Assembly (NCBI RefSeq): GCF_048403405.1 | Contig: NZ_CP183129.1 | Source: Escherichia coli | Lineage (GTDB): Bacteria > Pseudomonadota > Gammaproteobacteria > Enterobacterales > Enterobacteriaceae | Reading direction: 5' to 3' (one strand) | Length of the DNA: 64,000 bases | Part shown: positions 37,152-47,962 of the stretch, piece after piece | How the letters are laid out: every line of letters starts with the position of its first letter | Numbering within the stretch: the first letter of the stretch is position 1 | Made by a program: the position numbers and the translations under genes | Notes under the pieces: model-generated | Databases searched by the model: none | What the model was told of the DNA's origin: nothing | What the model saw: the letters and a program-made list of their open reading frames with translations, nothing else

Positions 37152-38026
37152 GTATTGATCCGACGGGTTACACCCTCGCCCATGAGCATCTGCATATTGA
37201 TCTCTCCGGCTTTAAAAACAACGTGGACTGCCGCCTTGATCAGTATGCGTTCATTTGCCAGGAGATGAACGACCTGATGGCCCAGGGCGTGCGTAATGTG
37301 ATTGAGATGACCAACCGTTACATGGGGCGAAATGCGCAATTTATGCTCGATGTGATGCACGAAACTGGCATCAACGTGGTGGCCTGTACCGGTTATTACC
37401 AGGATGCGTTTTTCCCGCAACATGTGGCGACCCGCAGCGTACAGGAACTGGCGCAGGAGATGGTCGATGAAATTGATCAGGGTATCGATGGCACGGAACT
37501 GAAAGCCGGGATCATCGCGGAGATCGGCTCCAGCGAAGGGAAGATTACGCCGCTGGAAGAGAAGGTGTTTATTGCCGCCGCGCTGGCACATAACCAGACC
37601 GGACGCCCGATCTCCACGCATACGTCGTTCAGCACGATGGGGCTGGAACAACTGGCTCTGTTGCAAGCCCACGGAGTTGATCTTTCGCGCGTCACCGTTG
37701 GTCACTGCGATCTGAAAGACAACCTCGACAACATTTTGAAGATGATCGATCTCGGCGCGTATGTGCAGTTCGACACCATCGGCAAGAACAGTTACTACCC
37801 GGACGAAAGGCGCATTGCGATGCTCCACGCGCTACGTGACCGTGGTTTGCTGAACCGCGTCATGCTGTCGATGGATATTACGCGCCGCTCCCATTTAAAA
37901 GCCAACGGTGGTTATGGCTATGACTATTTATTGACCACCTTTATTCCGCAATTGCGCCAGTCAGGATTCAGTCAGGCCGATGTGGATGTGATGTTACGTG
38001 AAACTCCCTCTCAATTTTTCCAATAA
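37148..38026 (+). CDS. php: phosphotriesterase homology protein (amidohydrolase superfamily)
   Basis: 292-aa ORF starting [20 protein letters not shown] (metal-binding HxH). Confidence 0.9.
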   Translation: MSIDPTGYTLAHEHLHIDLSGFKNNVDCRLDQYAFICQEMNDLMAQGVRNVIEMTNRYMGRNAQFMLDVMHETGINVVACTGYYQDAFFPQHVATRSVQELAQEMVDEIDQGIDGTELKAGIIAEIGSSEGKITPLEEKVFIAAALAHNQTGRPISTHTSFSTMGLEQLALLQAHGVDLSRVTVGHCDLKDNLDNILKMIDLGAYVQFDTIGKNSYYPDERRIAMLHALRDRGLLNRVMLSMDITRRSHLKANGGYGYDYLLTTFIPQLRQSGFSQADVDVMLRETPSQFFQ

Positions 38027-38036
38027 GGACAGACTC

Positions 38037-38390
38037 ATGAAAAAGATTGGTGTTGCAGGCTTACAGCGTGAGCAGATTAAAAAAACCATTGAAGCGACGG
38101 CTCCTGGCTGTTTTGAAGTTTTCATTCACAACGACATGGAAGCGGCAATGAAAGTCAAATCCGAGCAACTGGATTACTACATCGGCGCGTGTAATACCGG
38201 TGCGGGCGCGGCATTGTCGATTGCCATCGCGGTGATTGGCTATAACAAAAGTTGCACCATTGCCAAACCAGGCATTAAAGCGAAAGACGAACATATCGCC
38301 AAAATGATCGCCGAAGGGAAAGTGGCGTTTGGGCTTTCCGTTGAGCACGTCGAACACGCGATTCCGATGCTGATTAACCATCTGAAATAA
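38037..38390 (+). CDS. yhfU: uncharacterised protein YhfU
   Basis: 117 aa from MKKIGVAGLQREQ. Confidence 0.78.
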   Translation: MKKIGVAGLQREQIKKTIEATAPGCFEVFIHNDMEAAMKVKSEQLDYYIGACNTGAGAALSIAIAVIGYNKSCTIAKPGIKAKDEHIAKMIAEGKVAFGLSVEHVEHAIPMLINHLK

Positions 38391-38401
38391 AAGGCACGAC
38401 T

Positions 38402-39706
38402 ATGGATCTGTATATTCAGATTATCGTGGTGGCGTGCCTGACGGGTATGACATCGCTTCTGGCGCATCGCTCGGCGGCTGTTTTTCATGACGGTATCCGC
38501 CCGATCCTGCCACAACTGATTGAAGGCTATATGAACCGTCGCGAGGCGGGGAGTATCGCTTTTGGTCTGAGCATTGGTTTTGTGGCCTCGGTGGGGATCT
38601 CGTTTACCCTGAAAACCGGGCTGCTCAACGCATGGTTACTCTTTCTTCCTACCGATATCCTCGGCGTACTGGCGATAAACAGCCTGATGGCGTTTGGTCT
38701 TGGCGCTATCTGGGGCGTGTTGATCCTTACTTGCCTGTTGCCGGTAAACCAGCTGCTGACCGCGCTACCGGTGGATGTATTAGGTAGCCTGGGGGAATTA
38801 AGCTCACCGGTGGTTTCAGCTTTTGCACTGTTCCCGTTGGTGGCGATTTTCTACCAGTTTGGCTGGAAGCAAAGTCTGATCGCCGCCGTGGTGGTACTGA
38901 TGACCCGTGTGGTGGTAGTGCGCTATTTCCCGCATCTCAATCCGGAATCCATCGAAATCTTTATTGGCATGGTGATGCTGCTGGGGATCGCGATAACTCA
39001 CGACCTGCGTCATCGTGATGAAAATGATATTGATGCCAGCGGGCTTTCGGTGTTTGAAGAACGCACGTCGCGGATTATCAAAAACTTACCGTATATCGCT
39101 ATTGTCGGGGCGCTGATTGCCGCCGTTGCCAGCATGAAGATTTTTGCTGGCAGTGAAGTGTCGATCTTCACACTGGAGAAAGCATATTCCGCAGGCGTAA
39201 CGCCGGAACAATCACAAACGCTGATTAACCAGGCAGCTCTGGCGGAATTTATGCGCGGGCTGGGTTTTGTACCGTTGATTGCCACCACCGCGTTAGCCAC
39301 TGGTGTGTATGCAGTTGCGGGCTTTACCTTTGTTTATGCGGTGGGCTATCTCTCGCCGAATCCGATGGTTGCAGCGGTATTAGGCGCAGTGGTTATTTCG
39401 GCGGAAGTCCTGCTGCTTCGTTCGATCGGCAAATGGCTGGGGCGCTACCCGTCGGTGCGTAATGCGTCGGATAACATCCGTAACGCCATGAATATGCTGA
39501 TGGAAGTGGCGTTGCTGGTCGGTTCGATTTTCGCAGCAATTAAAATGGCGGGTTATACCGGATTTTCTATCGCAGTTGCCATTTACTTCCTCAACGAATC
39601 CCTGGGCCGTCCGGTACAGAAAATGGCGGCACCGGTCGTGGCAGTAATGATCACCGGTATTCTGCTGAATGTTCTTTACTGGCTTGGCCTGTTCGTTCCG
39701 GCTTAA
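38402..39706 (+). CDS. yhfT: inner membrane protein YhfT
   Basis: 434-aa polytopic membrane ORF. Confidence 0.85.
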   Translation: MDLYIQIIVVACLTGMTSLLAHRSAAVFHDGIRPILPQLIEGYMNRREAGSIAFGLSIGFVASVGISFTLKTGLLNAWLLFLPTDILGVLAINSLMAFGLGAIWGVLILTCLLPVNQLLTALPVDVLGSLGELSSPVVSAFALFPLVAIFYQFGWKQSLIAAVVVLMTRVVVVRYFPHLNPESIEIFIGMVMLLGIAITHDLRHRDENDIDASGLSVFEERTSRIIKNLPYIAIVGALIAAVASMKIFAGSEVSIFTLEKAYSAGVTPEQSQTLINQAALAEFMRGLGFVPLIATTALATGVYAVAGFTFVYAVGYLSPNPMVAAVLGAVVISAEVLLLRSIGKWLGRYPSVRNASDNIRNAMNMLMEVALLVGSIFAAIKMAGYTGFSIAVAIYFLNESLGRPVQKMAAPVVAVMITGILLNVLYWLGLFVPA

Positions 39707-39717
39707 GGAAGGCACCT

Positions 39718-40803
39718 ATGAAGACGTTTCCTCTGCAAAGCCTGACGATTATTGAGGCGCAGCAAAAGCAGTTTGCGCTGGTGGACACGATTTGCCGCCA
39801 TTTTCCTGGTAGCGAATTTCTTACCTGCGGTGATTTGGGATTAACGCCGGGACTGAATCAACCGCGCATTACCCAGCGTGTGGAACAGGTGCTGGCTGAT
39901 GCATTTCACGCACAGGCTGCGGCGCTGGTACAGGGCGCGGGTACTGGCGCGATCCGTGCGGCGTTGGCGGCTTTGCTCAAACCGGGGCAGCGTCTTCTGG
40001 TGCATGACGCGCCGGTTTACCCGACGACTCAGGTCATTATTGAGCAGATGGGGCTGACGCTTATCACTGCTGATTTCAATGACCTGTTGGCACTGAAGCA
40101 GGTTGTCGACGAGCAACAACCAGATGCCGCGCTGGTGCAGCATACGCGCCAGCAGCCGCAGGACGGGTACATTCTGGCAGATGTGCTGGCAACGTTGCGC
40201 TCGGCTGGCGTTCCTGCATTAACCGATGACAACTATGCGGTGATGAAGGTAGCGCGAATTGGCTGCGAATGCGGGGCAAATGTCTCGACTTTTTCCTGCT
40301 TCAAGCTGTTTGGGCCGGAGGGTGTTGGCGCGGTGGTAGGCGATGCTGATGTTATTAACCGTATTCGCGCCACGCTCTACTCCGGCGGCAGCCAGATTCA
40401 GGGCGCTCAGGCGTTGGAAGTCTTGCGTGGGCTGGTGTTTGCGCCAGTGATGCACGCGGTGCAGGCGGGGGTATCTGAACGGTTGCTGGCCTTGCTCAAC
40501 GGTGGTGCAGTTCCGGAAGTGAAAAGCGCCGTCATTGCCAATGCACAGTCGAAGGTGTTGATTGTCGAGTTTCATCAGCCGATTGCCGCCAGAGTGCTGG
40601 AAGAGGCGCAAAAGCGCGGTGCCTTGCCTTACCCGGTTGGTGCAGAGTCGAAATATGAAATTCCACCGCTCTTTTATCGACTTTCCGGAACGTTTCGCCA
40701 GGTGAATCCGCAACTCGAACATTATGCGATTCGTATTAACCCAAATCGCAGCGGTGAAGAGACGGTGCTGCGGATTTTGCGTGAGAGTATTGCCAGTATT
40801 TAA
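39718..40803 (+). CDS. yhfS: PLP-dependent enzyme-like protein YhfS
   Basis: 361-aa ORF matching E. coli YhfS. Confidence 0.85.
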   Translation: MKTFPLQSLTIIEAQQKQFALVDTICRHFPGSEFLTCGDLGLTPGLNQPRITQRVEQVLADAFHAQAAALVQGAGTGAIRAALAALLKPGQRLLVHDAPVYPTTQVIIEQMGLTLITADFNDLLALKQVVDEQQPDAALVQHTRQQPQDGYILADVLATLRSAGVPALTDDNYAVMKVARIGCECGANVSTFSCFKLFGPEGVGAVVGDADVINRIRATLYSGGSQIQGAQALEVLRGLVFAPVMHAVQAGVSERLLALLNGGAVPEVKSAVIANAQSKVLIVEFHQPIAARVLEEAQKRGALPYPVGAESKYEIPPLFYRLSGTFRQVNPQLEHYAIRINPNRSGEETVLRILRESIASI

Positions 40804-40843
40804 TCTTGTGCATGATGTTTTCGAAAAGAATGCAGAAATAAAT

Positions 40844-40869
40844 ACGCCCTCGGGTAACCCCGAGGGCGT
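40844..40869. terminator. bidirectional terminator between convergent yhfS and yhfL
   Basis: acgccctcgggtaaccccgagggcgt hairpin. Confidence 0.6.
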
Positions 40870-40909
40870 CAGGCAATTAAACCGGTGTTAGCCGATTTCT
40901 GTCAGAGAC

Positions 40910-41077
40910 TTACTGTGCAGTAGGACCGCAACCGCCAATGATTTTAGAAATAGAAATTGCCGGGTGCAGCAGGTAGTCGTAAGAGCAGTTCTTATCACGG
41001 TTTTCAATATGACCAGTACATGCAGTTAACGTAGCCAGTACTGCGCCTACCAGTGCAACTTTAATAAATTTGTTCAT
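40910..41077 (-). CDS. yhfL: small lipoprotein YhfL
   Basis: 55-aa ORF MNKFIKVALVGAVLATLTACTGH... with lipobox LTAC; not in the ORF track (below length cutoff), read manually. Confidence 0.8.
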   Translation of the reverse strand: MNKFIKVALVGAVLATLTACTGHIENRDKNCSYDYLLHPAISISKIIGGCGPTAQ

Positions 41078-41293
41078 TTACATTCCCTATGTATTATATA
41101 TTAATTAATATTCATTGATTATATGAATATAAGCAGACTGCTCATTAAGAACGATACAGGAATATTCAATTAGCGTCAGTGAGCGATTGATTTAATTTTG
41201 TAAGTCGCTGTAACGGTGAATATAACCCATTAGCAGACAATATTTATTAAGGGGGTATCTTTTTATCTGCTGAATATATAAAGAGAGTTGTAA

Positions 41294-41320
41294 ACGAAAA
41301 AGGCCAGACTTCTCTGGCCC
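41294..41320 (-). terminator. rho-independent terminator downstream of cysG
   Basis: ggccagacttctctggcc hairpin followed by T-run on minus strand. Confidence 0.65.
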
Positions 41321-41328
41321 TGGTTAAA

Positions 41329-42702
41329 TTAATGGTTAGAGAACCAGTTCAATTTATCGCGCAGGCCAACAACCCGACCAATAATAATTAGCGATGGACT
41401 GTTCATTTGCTGCGCCAGTTCGCCCAGCTGCGTGAGCGTACCGTCAATCACGCGCTGCGTGACTGCCGTTCCGTTTTCGACAATTGCCACCGGCATTTCG
41501 CCAGGCATACCGTGTTCAATCAGCTTTTGCTGAATAGTCGCAGCCTGATTCAGCCCCATATAAAACACCAGCGTCTGTTTTTCTGCCGCCAGGTTTTCCC
41601 AGTCCAGTTCGCCACCGGTTTTTAAGTGTCCGGTAATTAAGCGTACGCTCTGGGCATAATCGCGATGCGTGAGCGGAATACCCGAATAGGCAGAGCAACC
41701 AGAAGCTGCGGTAATACCCGGAACCACCGAGAACGGAATACCCGCGTTGCACAGTGTTTCCAGCTCTTCGCCACCACGGCCAAAAATAAACGGATCGCCA
41801 CCTTTCAGCCGCACCACGCGTTTGCCTTTTTGCGCTTCCCGCAGCAGGATCTGGTTTATCTCTTCCTGCGGTACGCAGTGGTATCCCGCGCGTTTGCCGA
41901 CGAAAACGCGATCCGCATCGCGGCGTACCAGATTCATAATATCGTCAGAAACCAGACGGTCGTAGACCACCACATCTGCCTGCTGAATTTGTTGCAGTCC
42001 TTTTAGTGTCAGCAGCCCGGCATCGCCCGGACCTGCGCCAACCAGCACCACTTCACCGCGATGGTCGAGCGGTTCGTTGATTAACTGTTCGGTCGTTTCA
42101 GTAATGGCTTTCTGATCGTTGTTTGCCAGCGACTGCGCCAGGCGGTCATTAACGAACAGTTTTTCCCAGAAACGGCGACGCTCACCCATCGTGGCGAACT
42201 GTTGTTTCACTCGCCCGCGTAATTGCCCGGCGTATTTCGCCACCTGGCCCAGATGCAACGGCAGCAGTGATTCAAGTTTTTCGCGTAACAGGCGCGCCAG
42301 AACCGGAGAGGTGCCGCCAGAGGAGACCGCGACCATTAGCGGTGAGCGGTCAATAATCGACGGCATAATAAAGCTGGCGGCTTTCGGCGCATCGACCACG
42401 TTACAGAAGATGCGACGAGCTTCAGCGGCTTCACTGACGCGCTGGTTAAGCGCGTCATCATCCGTCGCAGCAATTGCCAGCCAGCAGGTGTCGAGAAGGC
42501 TTTCATCAAATGGCCCTTCGACGAGGGTTAACATGCCTGCATCTGCCCATGCGGTGAACTGTGGAATAAACGCTAATGCATTCACCGTTAAGCGAGCGCC
42601 TGCGTCTAACAGCAACCTTGCTTTGCGTTCCGCGACATCACCACCGCCGACAATCAGACAGTCGCGATCGCGTAATTGGCAAAATATAGGCAAATGATCC
42701 AC
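41329..42702 (-). CDS. cysG: siroheme synthase (multifunctional)
   Basis: 457-aa ORF matching E. coli CysG. Confidence 0.95.
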
Positions 42703-42720
42703 GTAAAAACCCCTTAGTAA

Positions 42721-43527
42721 TTAACCGGCAGCTGTTTCAGTTTGATTAAATTTGTCCGCAACCGGACGATTCGCTTTCGGCGTAGCATACCAATAACCCA
42801 ATCCCATGAATACGGCACCTGATAAAGTATTACCCAGCGTCACCCACAGCAGGTTATGACCAATACCCGCCAGCGTGTAGGCTTCGCTGTGGTTGCCAAA
42901 CCAGGAGAGGGCGAACAGCGTCATGTTAGCGATGGAGTGCTCGTAGCCGGACGCGATAAATGCCAGCAGACACCACCAGATAGCGATAAATTTCGCCGCC
43001 CCTTCAGTGCGCAGCGCCATCCAGATTGCCAGGCAAACCAGCCAGTTACACAATGCACCTTTGAAGAACAGTACCATTGCCGGTGCAGTGGTTTTTGCCA
43101 GCGCGACGGAGTGAACGATGCTGGTATCTACCGGCAGCAGGCTACCGCCACCCCAGCTATAGAGCATGGCGACAAAGACGGAACCGACCAGGTTACCCAG
43201 CCAGGTTTGCGGCAGGATTGCCCACATTTGCCCGTGGCTGATAGTGCCCGCTTTCACCCCAAAGGTGAGGAACATGGTGTGTCCGGTGAACAGTTCAGAA
43301 CCAGCAATAATGACCAACGTTAAGGCGATACCAAAGGTCGCGCCCATCACCAGAGGACGTACGGACGGGTCGAGCAAATTACCGAGCGTGAAAATCAGGA
43401 TGATCCCAAGACCCACATACGCGCCCGCCATGGCGGAGCTGACCCAGAAGCCGAGCGGGTTATTTGCCGACAGGCGTGCAATGCGCGCAGCGTTAGCCGC
43501 ACACTTATTAATAGTGTCTGTAAACAT
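42721..43527 (-). CDS. nirC: nitrite transporter NirC (formate/nitrite transporter family)
   Basis: 268-aa membrane ORF. Confidence 0.94.
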   Translation of the reverse strand: MFTDTINKCAANAARIARLSANNPLGFWVSSAMAGAYVGLGIILIFTLGNLLDPSVRPLVMGATFGIALTLVIIAGSELFTGHTMFLTFGVKAGTISHGQMWAILPQTWLGNLVGSVFVAMLYSWGGGSLLPVDTSIVHSVALAKTTAPAMVLFFKGALCNWLVCLAIWMALRTEGAAKFIAIWWCLLAFIASGYEHSIANMTLFALSWFGNHSEAYTLAGIGHNLLWVTLGNTLSGAVFMGLGYWYATPKANRPVADKFNQTETAAG

Positions 43528-43611
43528 TTGATTATCCTTTAAAAAATAAAAACAAAAAATAAAACAAAAAGTTTAAAAAATGTCCTGCAATATACCGAAG
43601 GTTATTACAGG

Positions 43612-43643
43612 ACCATGCAAAAAGGGGAGGCATTGCGCCTCCC
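43612..43643 (-). terminator. intercistronic hairpin/terminator between nirD and nirC
   Basis: gggaggcgcaatgcctcccc hairpin followed by T-run on minus strand. Confidence 0.5.
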
Positions 43644-43652
43644 GTTAAAACA

Positions 43653-43979
43653 TTAACCGCGTAGCTGCACCACGCCGTCTTTCACTCGCGCGTCGTAATG
43701 CTTGACGGAAAACTGTTCGTCTTCCATGCACAAGCCGTCGCTTAAGCGAAAACGCTGTTTTTTCAGCGGGCTGGCGACCCACAGCTCGCCCTGGTGTTCC
43801 GCAATCAGCCCGCGTGACAGCACGCTGGACTCGAAGAACGGATCGATGTTGCTGATCGCAAACACCTGGTCGCTGTGATACGGGCGGAAAATCGCTACCT
43901 GCTCGTCACCTAACAGCGCGCAGACGCCGGTTTCAGGCAGGATGTCATCGATTTTGCAGATGTCTTTCCACTGGCTCAT
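43653..43979 (-). CDS. nirD: nitrite reductase small subunit
   Basis: 108-aa Rieske-like ORF overlapping nirB stop. Confidence 0.95.
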   Translation of the reverse strand: MSQWKDICKIDDILPETGVCALLGDEQVAIFRPYHSDQVFAISNIDPFFESSVLSRGLIAEHQGELWVASPLKKQRFRLSDGLCMEDEQFSVKHYDARVKDGVVQLRG

Positions 43980-46519
43980 GCGTTGTCCTCCACCAGAGTT
44001 ACCGGGATACGTTCATACGGCGTTGCCGGACGGTGCTGTTCGCGCTCTGGCACCATCTGCACGTTCGGGTCACGCTTGTCGCTGTTGATGAAGTGTTTGA
44101 AGCGAGTCTGCGCGGACGGTGTATTGACCGTTTCAGTCCACTCACACACTACCGCTTCACGCAGGCGCGCCATCTCTTCTTCCAGATGAGCGTTCAGCCC
44201 CAGTTTGTCGTCAATGATCACCGCTTTCAGGTAATCGATGCCGCCTTCAAGGTTTTCTAACCACGGCGCGGTACGCGTCAGTTTGTCGGCAGTACGGATG
44301 TAGAACATCATGAAGCGGTCGAGATATTTGATCAGCGTTTCGCGATCGATATCCGCCGCCAGCAGATCCGCATGACGCGGTTTCATGCCGCCGTTACCGC
44401 AAACATACAGGTTCCAGCCTTTTTCGGTGGCGATGATACCCACGTCTTTACCCTGGGCTTCTGAACATTCACGGGTACAGCCGGAGACACCGAACTTCAT
44501 TTTGTGCGGCGTACGGATGCCTTTGTAGCGGTTTTCCAGTTCCACGCCGAGGCCGACGCTGTCGCCAACGCCGTAGCGGCACCAGGTGCTACCCACGCAG
44601 GTTTTCGCCATACGCAGTGCTTTCGCATAGGCATGACCGGTTTCGAAGCCAGCTTCAATCAGCTGACGCCAGATCTCCGGCAGATCGTCTTTCTGTGCGC
44701 CAAACATCGCCAGGCGCTGGGAGCCGGTGATTTTGGTGTAGAGATTAAATTCACGCGCGATACGACCTACTGCCATCAGCCCTTCCGGGGTGATTTCACC
44801 GCCCGGAGAACGCGGGATCACCGAGTAGGTGCCGTCTTTCTGGATGTTAGCGAGGAAGTTATCGTTAGAATCCTGCAGCGGAGTATGTTCCGGTTTCAGA
44901 ATGTATTCGTTCCAGCAGGAGGCCAGCAGCGAACCGACGGTCGGTTTACAAACTTCACAACCGTAGCCTTTGCCGTGTTTCGCCAGCAGTTCTTCGAAGG
45001 TTTTAATGCCTTCAACGCGGATTAAATGGAACAGTTCCTGACGCGAATAAGCAAAGTGTTCGCACAGGTTGTTGTTAACTTCGATGCCCTGTTTCGCCAG
45101 TTCCGCGTTCAGTACCTGAGTGACCAGCGGGATACAGCCACCGCAGCCAGTACCCGCTTTGGTTTCAGCTTTCAGCGCCGCAACGGTGTGACAGCCTTTG
45201 TTGATAGCAGCAATCAGGTCGCCTTTGGTGACGTCGAAGCAGGAGCAGATTTGCGCGCTGTCCGGCAGTTTATCAACACCGATAGACGGCTTACCGCTAC
45301 CAGAGTGCGCCGGCAGAATCAGAGAATCCGGGTTTTCCGGCAGCTCGATAGCATTCAGCACCAGTTGCAGCAGGTTGCCGTAGTCGCTGGTATCGCCCAC
45401 CAGTACCGCACCGAGCAGGGTTTTGTTGTCTTCGCTGACAATAAGGCGTTTGTAGATCTCTTTGCTTTCGTCGAGGTAAACGTAGCTACGTGCGCCAGGT
45501 GTGCGACCGTGCGCATCACCAATACCGCCTACGTCTACGCCCAGCAGTTTCAGCTTGGCGCTAAGGTCAGCACCTTCAAAGGCGTTTTCGCTACCGAGAA
45601 TATGGTCAACGGCGACCTGCGCCATTTTGTAGCCTGGTGCTACCAGACCAAATACACGGTTGTTCCAGCTTGCGCATTCACCGATGGCGTAGATATCCGG
45701 ATCGGAAGTCTGGCAGGAATCATTAATGACAATACCCCCACGCGGAGCAACGTCCAGACCACACTGGGTTGCCAGCTTATCGCGCGGACGGATACCGGTA
45801 GAGAAGACGATAAAGTCGACTTCCAGTTCGCTGCCGTCGGCAAAACGCATGGTTTTACGCGCTTCAACACCTTCCTGCACAATCTCAAGGGTGTTTTTGC
45901 TGGTGTGAACGCGCACGCCCATACTTTCGATTTTGCGACGCAGCTGCTCGCCGCCCATCTGATCAAGCTGTTCCGCCATCAGCATAGGGGCAAATTCGAT
46001 AACGTGGGTTTCAATACCTAAGTTTTTCAGCGCGCCAGCGGCTTCCAGACCTAACAGGCCGCCACCAACAACGGCACCGCGTTTGCTGCGACGGGCACAG
46101 GATTCAATGGCGTTGAGGTCTTCAATGGTGCGATAGACAAAGCAGTCCTGAGTATCAGAACCTTTGATTGGCGGGATCCACGGGTAGGAACCGGTCGCCA
46201 TGATCAGCTTGTCATAAAAAACGGTGCGCCCGGCGCTGGAGTGAATCACCTTCTCCTGACGGTTGATGGTGATAGCGCGTTCGCCGACCAGAACTTTGAT
46301 GCCGTGTTTCTCGTAGAAGCCTTCGCGCACCAGCGACAGCTCTTCGGCGGTGTGGTGAGAGAAGTAAGACGAGAGGTGTACGCGGTCATAAGCGATGCGC
46401 GGTTCTTCACAGAAAACGGTAATATCAAAGTTGGCCGCATCAGATTTATCAAGAAGATCTTCGATAAAGCGATGGCCGACCATACCGTTACCGATAATTG
46501 CGAGTCTGACTTTGCTCAT
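43976..46519 (-). CDS. nirB: NADH-dependent nitrite reductase large subunit
   Basis: 847-aa ORF, N-terminal FAD/NAD motif AIIGNGMVG, siroheme/Fe-S domain. Confidence 0.96.
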   Translation of the reverse strand: MSKVRLAIIGNGMVGHRFIEDLLDKSDAANFDITVFCEEPRIAYDRVHLSSYFSHHTAEELSLVREGFYEKHGIKVLVGERAITINRQEKVIHSSAGRTVFYDKLIMATGSYPWIPPIKGSDTQDCFVYRTIEDLNAIESCARRSKRGAVVGGGLLGLEAAGALKNLGIETHVIEFAPMLMAEQLDQMGGEQLRRKIESMGVRVHTSKNTLEIVQEGVEARKTMRFADGSELEVDFIVFSTGIRPRDKLATQCGLDVAPRGGIVINDSCQTSDPDIYAIGECASWNNRVFGLVAPGYKMAQVAVDHILGSENAFEGADLSAKLKLLGVDVGGIGDAHGRTPGARSYVYLDESKEIYKRLIVSEDNKTLLGAVLVGDTSDYGNLLQLVLNAIELPENPDSLILPAHSGSGKPSIGVDKLPDSAQICSCFDVTKGDLIAAINKGCHTVAALKAETKAGTGCGGCIPLVTQVLNAELAKQGIEVNNNLCEHFAYSRQELFHLIRVEGIKTFEELLAKHGKGYGCEVCKPTVGSLLASCWNEYILKPEHTPLQDSNDNFLANIQKDGTYSVIPRSPGGEITPEGLMAVGRIAREFNLYTKITGSQRLAMFGAQKDDLPEIWRQLIEAGFETGHAYAKALRMAKTCVGSTWCRYGVGDSVGLGVELENRYKGIRTPHKMKFGVSGCTRECSEAQGKDVGIIATEKGWNLYVCGNGGMKPRHADLLAADIDRETLIKYLDRFMMFYIRTADKLTRTAPWLENLEGGIDYLKAVIIDDKLGLNAHLEEEMARLREAVVCEWTETVNTPSAQTRFKHFINSDKRDPNVQMVPEREQHRPATPYERIPVTLVEDNA

Positions 46520-46577
46520 TTTTGCCTCGATTTCTTTTCTATTACCGCCTACCTTAACGATTCAGCAACCCCGCTTA

Positions 46578-46591
46578 TTGATGTAAATCAA
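46578..46591. promoter_or_regulatory. FNR binding site of the nirB promoter
   Basis: ttgatgtaaatcaa, perfect TTGAT-N4-ATCAA, about 60-70 bp upstream of nirB ATG. Confidence 0.8.
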
Positions 46592-46604
46592 ATTCACCTT
46601 TATA

Positions 46605-46620
46605 TACTCCTTAAGGGGTA
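46605..46620. promoter_or_regulatory. NarL/NarP 7-2-7 site of the nirB promoter
   Basis: Minus-strand TACCCCT-TA-AGGAGTA inverted heptamers centred 28 bp upstream of the FNR site, matching the known -69.5/-41.5 architecture. Confidence 0.6.
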
Positions 46621-46746
46621 TATTGCTGATTTGTATAAATTTTCTTAAGTCACGGAATTGTCTGACATTTCATGTTTGTGCAAAAAATAGACAAAATGAA
46701 CGGGTTTATAGAAATAGATGCACGTAGCGGGGTAAGAGAGGAAAAG

Positions 46747-46772
46747 GCCGGACGACGATAGTGTCGTCCGGC
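46747..46772 (-). terminator. putative terminator downstream of tsgA
   Basis: gccggacgacgatagtgtcgtccggc hairpin; weak T-run. Confidence 0.45.
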
Positions 46773-46780
46773 ATGAACAA

Positions 46781-47962
46781 TTAATGAGAGGTCAGGGTGT
46801 TATGCTGACGGTGACGGCTGACGAAACCTAACAGGAAGCACATCACAAAGACGACAGCGTACAGACCGTTTGCTGTAAGCAGTGCCGCCTGCGGACCGCT
46901 ATGTTCAACAATCGGGCCGGTAACCACAAAGGTCAACATAGTACCGATGGTCCCGCAGGTCAGGACAAAGTTAACCAGTTTTGGCGATGGTACTTTGGTC
47001 TGCTGTGAACCCAAAGTGATGATGGTGGTATAGATTGCGCTGGAGAAGAAGCCCAGGGCGAGAATTGACCACGCCATATGTGCCGGTGTTCCGGTGTTAA
47101 AGACGTACATCAGAATCGCAGCCAGACCAGCCAGTACGGTCAGGATACGTTGCAAATCGAAGAAGCGAAGAATAAAGCTGAACGCCCACATGCCGACCAT
47201 ATATGACATCCAGAAGTTACTCACCAGCGTGCCCGCGTCGTTCAGGCTCATGCCCAGGCCTTTGGCATACTCCGGCACCCAGGAGATAAAACCTAACTGA
47301 CCGAGGATGTAGCACAGTGCCGCAATGGAGAGAAACAGCACGCCGATCCCCCACTTTTCTTTCTCTACCGGAGCATCCGTTTTTGGCGCATGTTTGCCCA
47401 GCGCCGGGAACTCACAGCCGAAGGTCAGAATAAAAATAGCGACATACACCAACCCGATGCAGGCATAAACCCAGTACCACTCAATGCTGCGCGCCAGTAG
47501 AAACGCGGCGATCATTGGGAAAATCATCCCAGCCATACTGAAGAAGGAGTCGGTAAATAACAGGCGGGAACCGCGCTGACGCCCTTCATACATTTGTGTT
47601 ATCAGGAATGTACCAATCGACATGGTGATGCCGCTGACCACCCCGAGAATGAACATCGCCGCCGAGAACAGCGCCAGGCTGTGGCTGAACATCAAACCGG
47701 CAACCGCCAGCACCATCAGGAGAAAGCCAAAACGTAACTGCGTTTTCAACGGGACGATTTCCATCAGCCAGGCGTTGAGGAAGATAGAGATTAAAATGCC
47801 GGCGTTGAGGAAGGTGAAGGTGTTACTCATACTGGAAACAGGCAGATTGAAATAATCGGCGATATTTCCCATCACCATCCCGGTGACAATAACCAACGCA
47901 CCGGTCAGTGCGTAGGAGAGAAAGCTAATCCATGTGAGCTTAATGCGATTGCTGTTAGTCAT
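46781..47962 (-). CDS. tsgA: MFS transporter TsgA
   Basis: 393-aa membrane [24 protein letters not shown]. Confidence 0.9.
   Translation of the reverse strand: MTNSNRIKLTWISFLSYALTGALVIVTGMVMGNIADYFNLPVSSMSNTFTFLNAGILISIFLNAWLMEIVPLKTQLRFGFLLMVLAVAGLMFSHSLALFSAAMFILGVVSGITMSIGTFLITQMYEGRQRGSRLLFTDSFFSMAGMIFPMIAAFLLARSIEWYWVYACIGLVYVAIFILTFGCEFPALGKHAPKTDAPVEKEKWGIGVLFLSIAALCYILGQLGFISWVPEYAKGLGMSLNDAGTLVSNFWMSYMVGMWAFSFILRFFDLQRILTVLAGLAAILMYVFNTGTPAHMAWSILALGFFSSAIYTTIITLGSQQTKVPSPKLVNFVLTCGTIGTMLTFVVTGPIVEHSGPQAALLTANGLYAVVFVMCFLLGFVSRHRQHNTLTSH

Noticed and set aside
37004-37828. 274-aa minus-strand ORF
   Set aside because: Antisense to php and the yhfW end; the sense-strand genes are confident and contiguous.
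45026-46021. 331-aa plus-strand ORF
   Set aside because: Lies entirely antisense within nirB, which is a confident match; Arg/Phe/Val-rich low-complexity translation typical of antisense frames in GC-rich coding DNA; no RBS or promoter context.
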